Assembly: GCA_018691345.1 (NCBI GenBank)
Contig: JABGTJ010000112.1
Location: 242-64,241 of the forward strand
From: Methanobacteriota archaeon
Lineage (GTDB): Archaea > Thermoplasmatota > Poseidoniia > Poseidoniales > Poseidoniaceae
Reading direction: 5' to 3'
Length of the DNA: 64,000 nucleotides
The notes beneath the pieces were generated by a model. It saw nothing but the letters and a program-made list of their open reading frames with translations, ran no database searches and was not told where the DNA came from. The position numbers and the translations under genes were made by a program. Below, piece by piece: positions 7,457 to 17,632 of this stretch (positions are counted from its first letter, which is position 1; each line of letters starts with the position of its first letter).

Positions 7457-9496
7457 ATGGAACATCCGTTAACAATGAGCTATGGACCAGTCTCTGGATG
7501 GATTCTCCTTTTGCTTCTTGGAGGTATTTCTGGAGGCTTCTTCCTTTATCAGGTTATCAAGGCTTCCCGTTTGGTCCTCAAAGGGGCACCAGACAACCGC
7601 TTTGACAACTGGGGGGCTCGAGTTTTAGAAGTCCTCACCGGCTGGCTTGGGCAAAAGAAAGTTCTGAAAGATCGAGTTGCTGGAGGTATTCACGTCCTCA
7701 TGTTTTGGGGCTTCCTCATGCTTTCAACAGATATGTTTGACTTGGCAACAGCGAATTGGTTCTCTCACAATGTTCTTCCAGAACTCCTACGAGGCCCTTG
7801 GAACCTTATTGTGGAAACAGGGTACACGATTGCTCTTGTTGGCTGTATGGCAGCGTTGACTCGCCGTGTAGCATTCACTCCAGAGAAACTCAAAGGAAAG
7901 TCGCAACTTGAAGGCAACGCGATTTTGTTGCTCATCATGACCATCACGGTCACGTCTTTCTTTGTGGAAGCCGGCGAATCAACGGTTTCATCAACATGGG
8001 AGCCAATCGGTTACTGGGTTGCATCTACCATTGTTCCAACGACGGCCCTTGTCGTTGGTGCTTACTGGATGCACATGCTTGCCATTTCGACTTTCTTGTT
8101 TTTGATTCCTCTTTCGAAGCACATGCACCTGGTCATGGCTTTCCCGAATGTGTTCTTCCACGACATGCGTCCAATGGGTACAATGGAGCCGCTGGCTCGA
8201 GGCGAGGACGGTAAGGCAGTTTCCCTTGAAGAACTCGACATCGAATCCTTTGGTACGGTCAACTACACGGACTTGACATGGCGCAATCTCATCGACGGTT
8301 GGGCCTGCACCTCATGTGCTCGCTGTCAAGACGTCTGTCCCGCTTATGCATCTGGCAAAGCACTCAATCCAATGCAAATTATCCACGATGTTCGTCACTA
8401 TGCTAACGACAATTCAACAGCACTTCTTGCTGGTGAAACTCCAGCACAGGACATTATTGCCCGGTTCGGTGAAGACGCTATTTGGGCGTGCACCACCTGC
8501 CACGCATGCGTCGAAGCTTGTCCGATTTACATCGACCATGTTCCAAAATTAACCGACGCACGCCGCCACCTCATGATGGAGCGGATGGAGTTTGACGAAT
8601 CCGTAGAGGATACCGTCATGCCACTCATGGCGACCATCGAAAACTTGGAGTCCGACTCGAATCCGTACGGTTTGCCTGCTCACGAGCGTGGTGACTGGGC
8701 TGCTGATTTAGACGTCAAGGTTGCAGAGCCTGCTGAATACATTTACTTCGCCGGATGCGCTGCTTCGTTCGATGAGCGCAACAAAAAGGTGGCAAGAGAT
8801 ACCATCAGCATCATGAAAGAAGCCGGATTGGATGTCGGAATACTCGGCATGCAAGAAGGCTGCAGTGGTGATGCTGCTCGGCGTGCGGGTAACGAATACC
8901 TTTTCCAGATGCTGGCAGAGACCAACCTCGAAACGTTCGAAGAAATCGGCGTCAAAAAGATTGTCGCCTCGTGCCCACACTGTTTCCATACCCTCGGAAA
9001 AGAATACAAAGACTACGGCGGAGAAGATATTGAAGTCATGCACCACTCACAACTCATCAGCCACTTGCAAAATGAAGGAAAGTTACCGCAACCGAAACAC
9101 GACGGTTCAGTGACCTATCACGATCCGTGCTATCTCGGACGTATCGGTGGCGAATTGGACGCACCTCGAGATGCAATCGGTGGCGTTGCTGTCGAAGCTG
9201 AACGGCACGGCAAGGACTCGTTCTGTTGCGGTGCAGGTGGGGCTCAAATGTGGATGGAAGAGCACGTTGATGATGACCACGACCGTGTGAACATCATTCG
9301 TTCAAAGGAACTGGCAAAGACCGGTGCCGAAACCGTTGCAGTCGGTTGTCCATTCTGTTCGACCATGGTCACAGATGGACTCAGCGCTATTGGTTCGGAA
9401 ATGGAAGTCAAGGATATCGCAGAGATTGTCTGGGAACAAATCAAGGCCAACGATGCCGCAATCGAAGCCAAAAAAGCGGAAACCGTTGACGCTTGA
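7457..9496 (+). CDS. Membrane-bound Fe-S oxidoreductase: polytopic N-terminal domain fused to an HdrD/GlpC-like 2x[4Fe-4S] plus CCG-domain module
   Basis: About 5 TM helices in the first ~230 aa. Two ferredoxin motifs CTSCARCQDVCP and CTTCHACVEACP. Cys-rich CCG-type segments (SCPHCFHTLG, DPCYLGR, FCCGAGGAQMW, GCPFCSTM). Confidence 0.8.
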   Translation: MEHPLTMSYGPVSGWILLLLLGGISGGFFLYQVIKASRLVLKGAPDNRFDNWGARVLEVLTGWLGQKKVLKDRVAGGIHVLMFWGFLMLSTDMFDLATANWFSHNVLPELLRGPWNLIVETGYTIALVGCMAALTRRVAFTPEKLKGKSQLEGNAILLLIMTITVTSFFVEAGESTVSSTWEPIGYWVASTIVPTTALVVGAYWMHMLAISTFLFLIPLSKHMHLVMAFPNVFFHDMRPMGTMEPLARGEDGKAVSLEELDIESFGTVNYTDLTWRNLIDGWACTSCARCQDVCPAYASGKALNPMQIIHDVRHYANDNSTALLAGETPAQDIIARFGEDAIWACTTCHACVEACPIYIDHVPKLTDARRHLMMERMEFDESVEDTVMPLMATIENLESDSNPYGLPAHERGDWAADLDVKVAEPAEYIYFAGCAASFDERNKKVARDTISIMKEAGLDVGILGMQEGCSGDAARRAGNEYLFQMLAETNLETFEEIGVKKIVASCPHCFHTLGKEYKDYGGEDIEVMHHSQLISHLQNEGKLPQPKHDGSVTYHDPCYLGRIGGELDAPRDAIGGVAVEAERHGKDSFCCGAGGAQMWMEEHVDDDHDRVNIIRSKELAKTGAETVAVGCPFCSTMVTDGLSAIGSEMEVKDIAEIVWEQIKANDAAIEAKKAETVDA

Positions 9497-9516
9497 GCAA
9501 CCGCTGAGGTGGCACC

Positions 9517-10470
9517 GTGAGTGAGCACCTGTCACACAGCGCTCTTCTTGCTTGGTACGCTGAATCGAAGAGAGACTTACCGTGGCGACACACCGATGAC
9601 CCGTGGAAAATTCTTCTCTCTGAAATCCTCCTGCAACAAACTCAGGTGAGCAGGGGGATACATTACTGGCAGAAATTGGTGGAGCGATTTCCAACACCTC
9701 AATCAATGGCGGATGCTGAAGTTGACGAAGTTTTGCATCTCTGGCAGGGTGCAGGTTACTACAGTCGAGCCCGCCGTCTACACGCTCTTTCCATTCAGGT
9801 GTGCTTGTCAATTACGGAAGGTGGATACGACGGTAGTTTACCGCTGACTGCGCCTGAATTGCTTACCTTGCCCGGAGTTGGACCTTACACCGCTGCAGCC
9901 GTTGCCAGTATTGCCTACGGAGAACCCGTTGCGTGCGTTGATGGAAACATTCGACGTGTCATGGCTCGTCAATCAAAACGCCTTGATCCATCGCTGAAAG
10001 AAGTAGAAGCCTGGGCCAATAAAGTACTCTATCGAGACGATGCAGGTGATTGGAATCAAGCCCTCATGGAACTTGGAGCAACCGTTTGCACACCAAAGCG
10101 TCCACTGTGTGGGCAATGTCCAGTTTCCTCCTCATGTGCGGGAAAAAGTTCGCCTCTTCTCTTCCCTCAACCAAAGAAAACCAAGCGAAAGCGACTTGAC
10201 CTCAAATGCACCCTTCGTTTTGACGCAAACGGGTTGCCCGAATTAGTGCAGCGAGGCGATGATGGTATTCTTGCTGGAATGTGGGGTCCACCAATGGGTG
10301 ATGCCATCGATGTAACTGGTTTGGAATACGTTGGGATTGTGGAACACACGCTTTCTCATCGTGACATTTTTGTTGAAGTGTGGCATGGTTCATGTCCACG
10401 AGGTACAGAACCATCAACGGTGGCACTTTCCTCACTTGACCGAAAAATCCTAGCTTTAGGAGGGGAATAA
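9517..10470 (+). CDS. mutY: A/G-specific adenine DNA glycosylase (MutY family)
   Basis: LLAWYAESKRDLPWR, ILLQQTQV, GAGYYSRARRLH, HhH LPGVGPYTAAAVASIA, Fe-S loop CTPKRPLCGQCPVSSSC. GTG start; no nearby ATG. Confidence 0.85.
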   Translation: MSEHLSHSALLAWYAESKRDLPWRHTDDPWKILLSEILLQQTQVSRGIHYWQKLVERFPTPQSMADAEVDEVLHLWQGAGYYSRARRLHALSIQVCLSITEGGYDGSLPLTAPELLTLPGVGPYTAAAVASIAYGEPVACVDGNIRRVMARQSKRLDPSLKEVEAWANKVLYRDDAGDWNQALMELGATVCTPKRPLCGQCPVSSSCAGKSSPLLFPQPKKTKRKRLDLKCTLRFDANGLPELVQRGDDGILAGMWGPPMGDAIDVTGLEYVGIVEHTLSHRDIFVEVWHGSCPRGTEPSTVALSSLDRKILALGGE

Positions 10471-11127
10471 ATGCATATTCTGGTTGTTGACCTACTCGCT
10501 GAACGCCAAGGATTTGGTCGCGCAGGAGTGGAAGAAATAACATCGTATTTCGACCAGCCACGAATCTCTTTGTGGTCACCGCATACTTCTCAGCGCGTTG
10601 ATTACGGTTTTGGCACTGTAGTGGATTCACCTGTTGAGGCCGACCTCATCGTCATTACTGGTTCGAACCATAATGTTTCGATGTGGGAACCATGGATGGA
10701 CGAAGTCGCACAACTCATTCGAGAGACTCAATCACCGATGATTGGGATTTGCTTCGGCCATCAAATCATTGCTGCAGCACTTGGAGGCAAGGTCATTCGA
10801 GCAGAACATCCATCTTCCTTTGTGGGTGATGTACAGTATACAGACGGGCAAACAGCAAGGGCCCTTTTCACCCATCAAGACCACGTGATTGATGCCGGTG
10901 AAATGGAGATCATCGGTTCCGCAGAACATTGCCCGATTGCAGTCTGCCGTCATGCGAATCGACCGATTCTTTCCGTACAATACCATCCTGAAGCAGTTGC
11001 CCGTGTGTTAGAACAAGCGTTGCACTTCGGCGAGATGTCACCATATGAACGCCAGCAGTATCAAATGGATGATTCATTGATTAACACGGCCGATGCGTTG
11101 CTGCGACCGATTGGAATCGTTGATTAA
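10471..11127 (+). CDS. Class I glutamine amidotransferase-like protein
   Basis: Nucleophile elbow GICFGHQIIAAALGG and the His/Glu region VQYHPEA. The ATG directly follows the mutY stop. Confidence 0.8.
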   Translation: MHILVVDLLAERQGFGRAGVEEITSYFDQPRISLWSPHTSQRVDYGFGTVVDSPVEADLIVITGSNHNVSMWEPWMDEVAQLIRETQSPMIGICFGHQIIAAALGGKVIRAEHPSSFVGDVQYTDGQTARALFTHQDHVIDAGEMEIIGSAEHCPIAVCRHANRPILSVQYHPEAVARVLEQALHFGEMSPYERQQYQMDDSLINTADALLRPIGIVD

Positions 11128-11822
11128 TTCCTTTGGAAATCTCTACCAATCGAAGCAAGCGTGACCATCAAGCCTACGATGAGGAGGTATTCGGCGGGTG
11201 CTGCAATGTTTATGGCAGGTTGAATTTGGTTAAGTATCTCGAATTGGGGGTTTTGAAGACTCAAACTCTCTCTTTTCCAGAAGACATATACTCCCACCGA
11301 GAGGTTCATGACAAGAATTCCAAGGCCGGTCATCCACAATCCAGCTTTGCGTAGTTTTGAGTCGGGGGATGCATCGTTTGAATGCATTTTATGCATTGAT
11401 GCTCCCCAAACAAACCCGCCAAAAAACACGAGAATTGTCGTGATGATGTGGAGCACGAGTGCATCGTATATGCTTGCAAAAGCGAGGACAGACAGCGATA
11501 GGCCCGATAAGATGCCAGAAGAAAGCGATATCCTGTTCCATTTGGAATCTTGTTCTTCAACCATGAGGCTAAATCGGTACGCAAGAATACAAATTACAAG
11601 GCCCGTTATTGCTAAACCAGTGGTGAATACCACGCTCTGAGGTCCCGGATAATCCGATTCCGATACAAAGAAGGGGATTGCTCTGGCATTGCCGCTGAAT
11701 GCGTGAATCGACATGGAGGTCATGACAGTCGTAAGGGGGAGAAGCCATCCAAGTCGAATGAGCATTGAATCGGCTAATTCGATTCCAGCGATTTTAATCC
11801 CGTTTTTCGTATTCAAACTCAC
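11124..11822 (-). CDS. Polytopic membrane protein, unknown function
   Basis: 232-aa ORF with ~6 hydrophobic helices. GTG start overlaps the stop of the upstream SDR gene (GTGA). Its stop shares a TTAA tetranucleotide with the convergent amidotransferase gene. Confidence 0.6.
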   Translation of the reverse strand: MSLNTKNGIKIAGIELADSMLIRLGWLLPLTTVMTSMSIHAFSGNARAIPFFVSESDYPGPQSVVFTTGLAITGLVICILAYRFSLMVEEQDSKWNRISLSSGILSGLSLSVLAFASIYDALVLHIITTILVFFGGFVWGASMHKMHSNDASPDSKLRKAGLWMTGLGILVMNLSVGVYVFWKRESLSLQNPQFEILNQIQPAINIAAPAEYLLIVGLMVTLASIGRDFQRN

Positions 11823-12850
11823 TGTAAGAATTCCTCCACAGTATCTTGAATACAGGTTTCAAATGATTCCCACTCGATTCCGAGGACGTCCGTTGCCTTC
11901 TTTGATGAGAAATCAGCATCGCCTTGGAAATAGCCTTTGACAGCTTTGCGGGTCATGCGGCGTTGTGCTCCAAATAGACCCATCAGCCAATCCTGAAACA
12001 CGACGATGAACATCAGGGAACGGGGAATTGCTCTACGAGATGCCTTGGTATGTGGGTATTGATTTTTAATCGCCTTGCAGACTTCGGCAATGGTTTTATT
12101 TTTGTGCGGTGCTACGATGAATCTCCCTTCTGCTTCTTCGATTTCATAGGCAAGTCGGTGGGCTTTTGCCACATCGCGGACGTGGACAATTGGAATTGGT
12201 ATTTTTGGAACAACAGGGAACTTGCCTGCCATGGCATCGGGGAAGTAGTCGACGCTTGGTGTCGGTTTGACAAATCCGCCTCCCAATACGCCTCCTGGAT
12301 TGATGACTCGTAAATCGAGCCCGAATTGTTCTGCCAACTCCCAAGCCCGCTTTTCGGATTCAGTTTTGGCGATGGTGTAAGGTGAGAAACTTCCGTTTTG
12401 CCAATCTTCTTCGGTCTTTTCACGGCCTTTGGGTGTGCTTCCAATCGCAGCTACACTCGAGGTGTAGATGATGCGAGGAATTTTTGCTTCATGGGCAGCA
12501 TGAAGTAAATGCGTAGTTCCTTTCACGGCCGTATCGATGATGATGTCTGCCTTGTCCGAGTTTGAATAGACTGTGGCGGTATGGAACAGTGCGTCGCAAC
12601 CAGTAATCGCCTCTGTCCATCCATCCGCATCCAGAACATCGGCTTGAATCAATTCCAATTGCGTTTCACAGTTCAAATCAATGGCATGTTGTCGAACATG
12701 GTCGACCTTCGACGGATCATCTAAATCTCGAACGGTTCCGATGACGTGGTATCCATGTTCAAGTAAATCTCGAACAATGTTGTTACCCACGTGGCCGTTA
12801 ACTCCAGTGACAAAAATCTTCTTTGACGGCATTGGCTTGAGTCCAACCAT
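11819..12850 (-). CDS. NAD(P)-dependent epimerase/dehydratase (extended SDR, aldehyde/flavonol-reductase-like)
   Basis: Rossmann motif KIFVTGVNGHVGNNIVRDLLEHGY and catalytic Y-x3-K (PYTIAKTESE). Alternative start ATG 12832. Confidence 0.85.
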   Translation of the reverse strand: MVGLKPMPSKKIFVTGVNGHVGNNIVRDLLEHGYHVIGTVRDLDDPSKVDHVRQHAIDLNCETQLELIQADVLDADGWTEAITGCDALFHTATVYSNSDKADIIIDTAVKGTTHLLHAAHEAKIPRIIYTSSVAAIGSTPKGREKTEEDWQNGSFSPYTIAKTESEKRAWELAEQFGLDLRVINPGGVLGGGFVKPTPSVDYFPDAMAGKFPVVPKIPIPIVHVRDVAKAHRLAYEIEEAEGRFIVAPHKNKTIAEVCKAIKNQYPHTKASRRAIPRSLMFIVVFQDWLMGLFGAQRRMTRKAVKGYFQGDADFSSKKATDVLGIEWESFETCIQDTVEEFLQ

Positions 12851-12916
12851 GTACCTCGGACAAGAGATTTGAACTTAACTTTGAAGTGAGGTTGTTCACA
12901 CCGTAGGTTGAATCAC

Positions 12917-14407
12917 ATGCCAATTCGCTTGCACGACACTCGAAGGAGAGACAAAGTCGAATTCTCGACTATGGAACCAGGGAAAGTTTCGATGTATGTG
13001 TGCGGAGTGACCGTTTATGACCGATGTCACCTCGGGCATGCGCGTTGTTACCTCGCTTTTGATTTGATTCATCGTTGGCTTGAAAAATCAGGATACGATG
13101 TTCATTATGTTCAAAATTTTACCGATATTGATGATAAAATTATTCAAAGAGCCAATGAGACGGGCGGCGATTGGAAAGCGTTGGTGGATGAGAACATTGC
13201 AACCTACTACGAAGATATGGATGCGTTGAATATTCTTCGAGCCGATGATTATCCTCGCTGTACAGATTACGTCGACGACATGATTCGTATCACGCAAGAC
13301 CTCATCGACAAAGGACACGCCTACCAAACCGATGAGGGCGTCTACTTCCATATCGATTCGGCACCTGAGAAATACGGCGCACTCACCGGTCAGAACATCG
13401 AAGCAGTTCGTTCGGGCGCCGGTGGCAGAGTTGGAGCCACTGGTTCAGCAAAGAAAGATCACAAGGACTTCGCTTTGTGGAAGGCGGCCAAACCCGATGA
13501 GCCTACTTGGGATTCTCCATGGGGCCCGGGCCGGCCGGGATGGCACATCGAATGTACCGCCATGTCAATGGATTACTTTGGCGCACAATTTGACATTCAT
13601 GGAGGCGGGCACGATTTACGATTCCCTCACCACGAGGCAGAGATTTTCCAAGGGGAATGTCACACGGGCTGCAGTCCCGTTGTTCACCATTGGTTACACA
13701 ATGGTTTTGTCAACATCGATGGAGAAAAAATGAGTAAATCATTGGGTAATTTCTGGACCATTCGAGATATTTTAGAGAAAGTTGATGCTATGGTACTTCG
13801 ATTCTCACTCATCAACGCTCACTACCGCTCTCCAATCGACATGAACGAGACCATACTCAAAGATGCAGAAAGAAATTACAACCGTTTGTTGGAAACATAC
13901 GTGAGCGTTTTGAAAGTTTCATCGAGTTCCCCAAATCCAGTCGACCTTCCTCATGCTGACATCACGAGCCAGCAACCCCTTTCCCGTTCATTGGGACTTC
14001 TTGAGAAGATGGGTGAAGGTTTTGCTCAAGCCATGGATGATGATTTCAACAGCCGTGATGCCATTGGTAAAGTCCTCGGCGCCGTACGGCAAATGACGAA
14101 AACGATGGACAGCGGTCTAGATCAAACGGACCGACACGCGTTTTCTCACTATGCCGTCGATTGGTTGGAAGAAACTGCAGGAGCAGTGCTCGGTGTGCTC
14201 CCTACACGGGAGATGGCACTCGCAGAACCTGTAGAAGACCCTCGAAGGGCAGAGGTCGCTGACCAGGTTGAACGGTTACTTATCGCCAGAACAGAAGCAC
14301 GTTCGTCCAAAGATTGGGGGAAAGCTGATGAGATTCGAGACCAACTCAAGTCGATGGGCGTAGTTGTCACTGACACACCTGAAGGCCCGTCATGGGCGCT
14401 TGAGTGA
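12917..14407 (+). CDS. cysS: Cysteine--tRNA ligase
   Basis: MYVCGVTVYDRCHLGHAR (HIGH region), GWHIECTAM, KMSKSLGN. The ORF track starts at TTG 12908; ATG 12917 (MPIRLHDT) fits the family N-terminus. Confidence 0.95.
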   Translation: MPIRLHDTRRRDKVEFSTMEPGKVSMYVCGVTVYDRCHLGHARCYLAFDLIHRWLEKSGYDVHYVQNFTDIDDKIIQRANETGGDWKALVDENIATYYEDMDALNILRADDYPRCTDYVDDMIRITQDLIDKGHAYQTDEGVYFHIDSAPEKYGALTGQNIEAVRSGAGGRVGATGSAKKDHKDFALWKAAKPDEPTWDSPWGPGRPGWHIECTAMSMDYFGAQFDIHGGGHDLRFPHHEAEIFQGECHTGCSPVVHHWLHNGFVNIDGEKMSKSLGNFWTIRDILEKVDAMVLRFSLINAHYRSPIDMNETILKDAERNYNRLLETYVSVLKVSSSSPNPVDLPHADITSQQPLSRSLGLLEKMGEGFAQAMDDDFNSRDAIGKVLGAVRQMTKTMDSGLDQTDRHAFSHYAVDWLEETAGAVLGVLPTREMALAEPVEDPRRAEVADQVERLLIARTEARSSKDWGKADEIRDQLKSMGVVVTDTPEGPSWALE

Positions 14408-14410
14408 ACT

Positions 14411-17101
14411 TCACTCTTCTTCGCTTCCAGACCAAAACGGTGCTGCATCTGCAGGCGGTGGTGCTGGTACAAATCCGGTTTCTTTGGTTACAGTCTTGGT
14501 TGCACCGTCGAGTGAATCATCGTCCCACATCTTCTCAATGAGAGCCTCTTGATTCAAATTAAGTTCGTCGCCTCCATTCCGGCTGAGGAAAAATAATCCG
14601 CCTGCTAGAACGGCAAACACCCCGATGAGGAGGTATTTTGCGTTGCTTTCATCTGAATCACCTGAGGTCGAATCAGCTGTCGTATCACCCGAATTATCGG
14701 TAGAGTCTGTGTTGTCAGTTACGTCGGTGTTTCCGGTATTATCGGTGTTGTCGGTTCCGTCGGTGTTTCCGGTATCATCCGTGTTGGCGTCGTTGCCACC
14801 GGTGTTCCCGTTGTTGCCACCGGTGTTTCCGTCGTTGCCGCCGGTGTTTGCCGGGTCGGTTGTCAAATCCACGTTGACACCATTCCGGTCTCCGTCTGCG
14901 TCCATTGAGATGTCGTAGTAAGCGTAGAGTTTGGACAGGTCAATGTGGGTGTTCGCCCATGAGGAGCGGTTGATGACGTCAAAATAACGTTCATCTCCAG
15001 TGGTGAAAATTGGGTCAACGGTGACGCTCTTCAACTGAGAAACTCCAGTGTTAGCTGCGTTCTTTCCGTCAAATTCTGTGTCGAGGTATGCTTGAACATC
15101 AGCATCGGTTTCCCAGGCGACGTTATCGGGCGCAGACCAGTGTTGGCGAATGTCTGAGACATCGTTTCGCATAGCCATGGCCATGCCGGATTCGATGCTT
15201 TCCCATGTTTGAGAGCCGTCGACTTCAGACAATGAAGTGACGTCAATAGCCTTTGAGACACCGCCGCCGTTGATTGGCTCCCAATCGTCTTGGTTGATGG
15301 TGGTCATGATATCGGTGTCTCCAAAGACAGCCTTTCCTTGAACAACGGTCAGTCGTACATCCGCATCAATCGCTTCAATCAAGTTTCGGTAAGGGTCGTC
15401 GTGGAAGGTATCCATGACAACAAGATCAGCGTACATTCCTGCCTTGAGTTGTCCAACAAAGGGATCCCAATTTGCTGCTTTAGCGGGGTTGCTGGTGACC
15501 ATTGCAGCCAGTTCATAGTTTGTGAAATATGAATCCATGACTTCTTGATTCCACAGGTCAGCCACTTTGAGTTCATGCAGGTTGTTCTTCGAACCGCTTG
15601 GACCCCAGTCTGGCGCTAGAGATATGGTGACGCCTGCAGCATCTGCGGCCCGGACATTGGTCGTGTTACCGTAAAGGAGGAGGTTTGAAATTGGCGACCA
15701 TACCAAATCTGCTCCGACGGTTGCCATCTTGTCGAATTGAGGGCGGTCAAGTGCAGTCCCGTGAATGACAACGGTTTCATCCATGATGAGTCCCTTGTTC
15801 CAAAGAGCGTCAAATTCGGACTTACTGCTGCTGTCCACACCTTCCGCCAAATGCACGAACCAAGCGTTCAATGAGCCTGATTGATTTTGAGAAATCAGAT
15901 GGCTTCCAGTGTAGTCGTCATCAGCAGCACCGCACACAGCACAGGTTGAGATGCCATCTTGTCCGAAGTTGTACAATTCGACGTTGCGAGCCAACATGCT
16001 GTCCCATGCGGATGTTCCTGAACCTGGTGAGCCTTGAATTGCAGTCACGCCACCTGCTACGGCTTGTACTTCTGCATACTTCATTTGTTCACTTGCCATT
16101 CCCCAACGGCTGTTTTGTTGAATGTTGTTTTTCATCCAAGTGATACTTGGGCCGTAATCGTAGTTGTTGCCCCATTGGTATCGGTTGGTGTATCCACCTT
16201 CGTCTGAGCGTTGACTTTCACTCAAATGGACATTGAAGTCCCACAGTGGGATGTGGTTGTAGTGGACGTGATTATGCAAGTCAATAAGTCCAGGGTAGAT
16301 TGTGCCGTTGGTTTCGATAATGACTGCGTTGGTAAGGTCTGCATTGACCGGGACAGAGGAACTCGATGACCAAACTGCTTCGATCATACCATCTCGGACC
16401 AAGACATTGCCTTGGTTCATAACGCTGTTTTCACTTTCCATGGTGACGACACGCCCTTTGAGAATGAATGCATCGGAACCTGCTTCTGGAACTCTGTAAC
16501 AATTGACGATGTTCAGTGCAACGGTTGAATCTGGATCGTTTGGACCCCATCCAGGCGATGGGTCAACTTCCACGGCATTGCCAGAGGAATCAATCTCAAT
16601 CGAGTTGCCGTAAAATCCGAATTCTTTTGGAATCGTCATTGAGTTCGCAAGTGTGTTTGAGGTGTCGGTAATCGAAACAGTTTCTTCGTCAAAATAACTC
16701 AGGACGATGTCGGAATCCGCACTGAATACAACGATTCTTTGGTCGGGGTCAATGACGGTATTCCAGGCGAGTTGGCAAGGCGGACTGCCCGAGGTTGAAC
16801 TGAGTACCCAATCCGATACATTCACTGGGGATGAACCGGTGTTCCATATTTCGATAAATTGGTCGGAATACTTGCCATAGTCTCCATCGTTGTTCCAATC
16901 AACAGCGTTGTAGATGTTCGCATTGGTAGCGTTGGATTTCAGTTGGTTTGGGCTTCTGAAGAGTTCAGATACGACAATGTCGGAATTTCGGGCATCAACT
17001 TCGGCGATATTCATCGGTTCAAAGGGTCCCGGAGTCGAAGGAATCAGTGGTGCAAGGAACAGAACGAGAACAAGAAGCGTCGTCAGTTGGGCTAGGCGCA
17101 T
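14411..17101 (-). CDS. Secreted, membrane-anchored amidohydrolase with an N-terminal lamin-tail-like (LTD) domain
   Basis: Start trimmed to ATG 17101 (MRLAQLTTLLVLVLFLAPLIPS signal peptide). LTD-like DQFIEIWNTGSSPVNVSDWVLSS. Metal-hydrolase motif PGLIDLHNHVHYN. D/N/T/G low-complexity stalk, TM YLLIGVFAVLAGGLFFLS, and a 56-aa tail. Confidence 0.8.
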   Translation of the reverse strand: MRLAQLTTLLVLVLFLAPLIPSTPGPFEPMNIAEVDARNSDIVVSELFRSPNQLKSNATNANIYNAVDWNNDGDYGKYSDQFIEIWNTGSSPVNVSDWVLSSTSGSPPCQLAWNTVIDPDQRIVVFSADSDIVLSYFDEETVSITDTSNTLANSMTIPKEFGFYGNSIEIDSSGNAVEVDPSPGWGPNDPDSTVALNIVNCYRVPEAGSDAFILKGRVVTMESENSVMNQGNVLVRDGMIEAVWSSSSSVPVNADLTNAVIIETNGTIYPGLIDLHNHVHYNHIPLWDFNVHLSESQRSDEGGYTNRYQWGNNYDYGPSITWMKNNIQQNSRWGMASEQMKYAEVQAVAGGVTAIQGSPGSGTSAWDSMLARNVELYNFGQDGISTCAVCGAADDDYTGSHLISQNQSGSLNAWFVHLAEGVDSSSKSEFDALWNKGLIMDETVVIHGTALDRPQFDKMATVGADLVWSPISNLLLYGNTTNVRAADAAGVTISLAPDWGPSGSKNNLHELKVADLWNQEVMDSYFTNYELAAMVTSNPAKAANWDPFVGQLKAGMYADLVVMDTFHDDPYRNLIEAIDADVRLTVVQGKAVFGDTDIMTTINQDDWEPINGGGVSKAIDVTSLSEVDGSQTWESIESGMAMAMRNDVSDIRQHWSAPDNVAWETDADVQAYLDTEFDGKNAANTGVSQLKSVTVDPIFTTGDERYFDVINRSSWANTHIDLSKLYAYYDISMDADGDRNGVNVDLTTDPANTGGNDGNTGGNNGNTGGNDANTDDTGNTDGTDNTDNTGNTDVTDNTDSTDNSGDTTADSTSGDSDESNAKYLLIGVFAVLAGGLFFLSRNGGDELNLNQEALIEKMWDDDSLDGATKTVTKETGFVPAPPPADAAPFWSGSEEE
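14789..14851 (-). repeat. Three tandem 21-bp repeats inside the stalk-coding region of the amidohydrolase gene
   Basis: Plus-strand units are gtcgttgccaccggtgttccc / gttgttgccaccggtgtttcc / gtcgttgccgccggtgtttgc. They encode TGGN(D/N)(G/A)N heptads. The flanking region 14640-14880 is similar lower-order D/N/T/G-coding repeat. Confidence 0.8.
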
Positions 17102-17191
17102 ACATTGGCGTTCCGCAGTGAGCACATGAACTCGTCGCTTTGATGGCTTGGAACAAATATGTTGAAATAGCGCCGATTTTAGAAAGATAAT

Positions 17192-17575
17192 ATGGCCACA
17201 GTAGAGATTTTAGAACCAAACTTTTCCGACATCATCGACAATAATTCACTGGTACTGCTCGACTTTTGGGCGGAATGGTGCGGGCCTTGCAAAGCCTATG
17301 GACCGGTTTATGAGCGAGTGTCAGAGGAGTTCCCGGACGTCGTTTTTGGTAAAATCGATACTGAAGCTGAACCCATGCTCGCTCAATCGTTTAACATTCG
17401 TTCGATTCCAACTACGGTTGCTTTCAAAGACGGAATCGGCGTTTTCATGCAACCAGGGGCTCTTCCAGAAGATGCTCTGCGCGACTTGGTGGTCAAACTT
17501 GGAGAATTGGACATGGATGAAGTCCGTGCCGAAATGGAAGCACAAAAATCTGCACAAGATGCAGAATCCGAGTGA
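17192..17575 (+). CDS. trxA: Thioredoxin
   Basis: Active site FWAEWCGPCK; 127 aa with thioredoxin-fold spacing. Confidence 0.95.
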   Translation: MATVEILEPNFSDIIDNNSLVLLDFWAEWCGPCKAYGPVYERVSEEFPDVVFGKIDTEAEPMLAQSFNIRSIPTTVAFKDGIGVFMQPGALPEDALRDLVVKLGELDMDEVRAEMEAQKSAQDAESE

Positions 17576-17632
17576 TTCCAGCCGATTCAAACAGCCGGTG
17601 TGTTCAAGAAACATACCCTGTCCCGTTGTACT

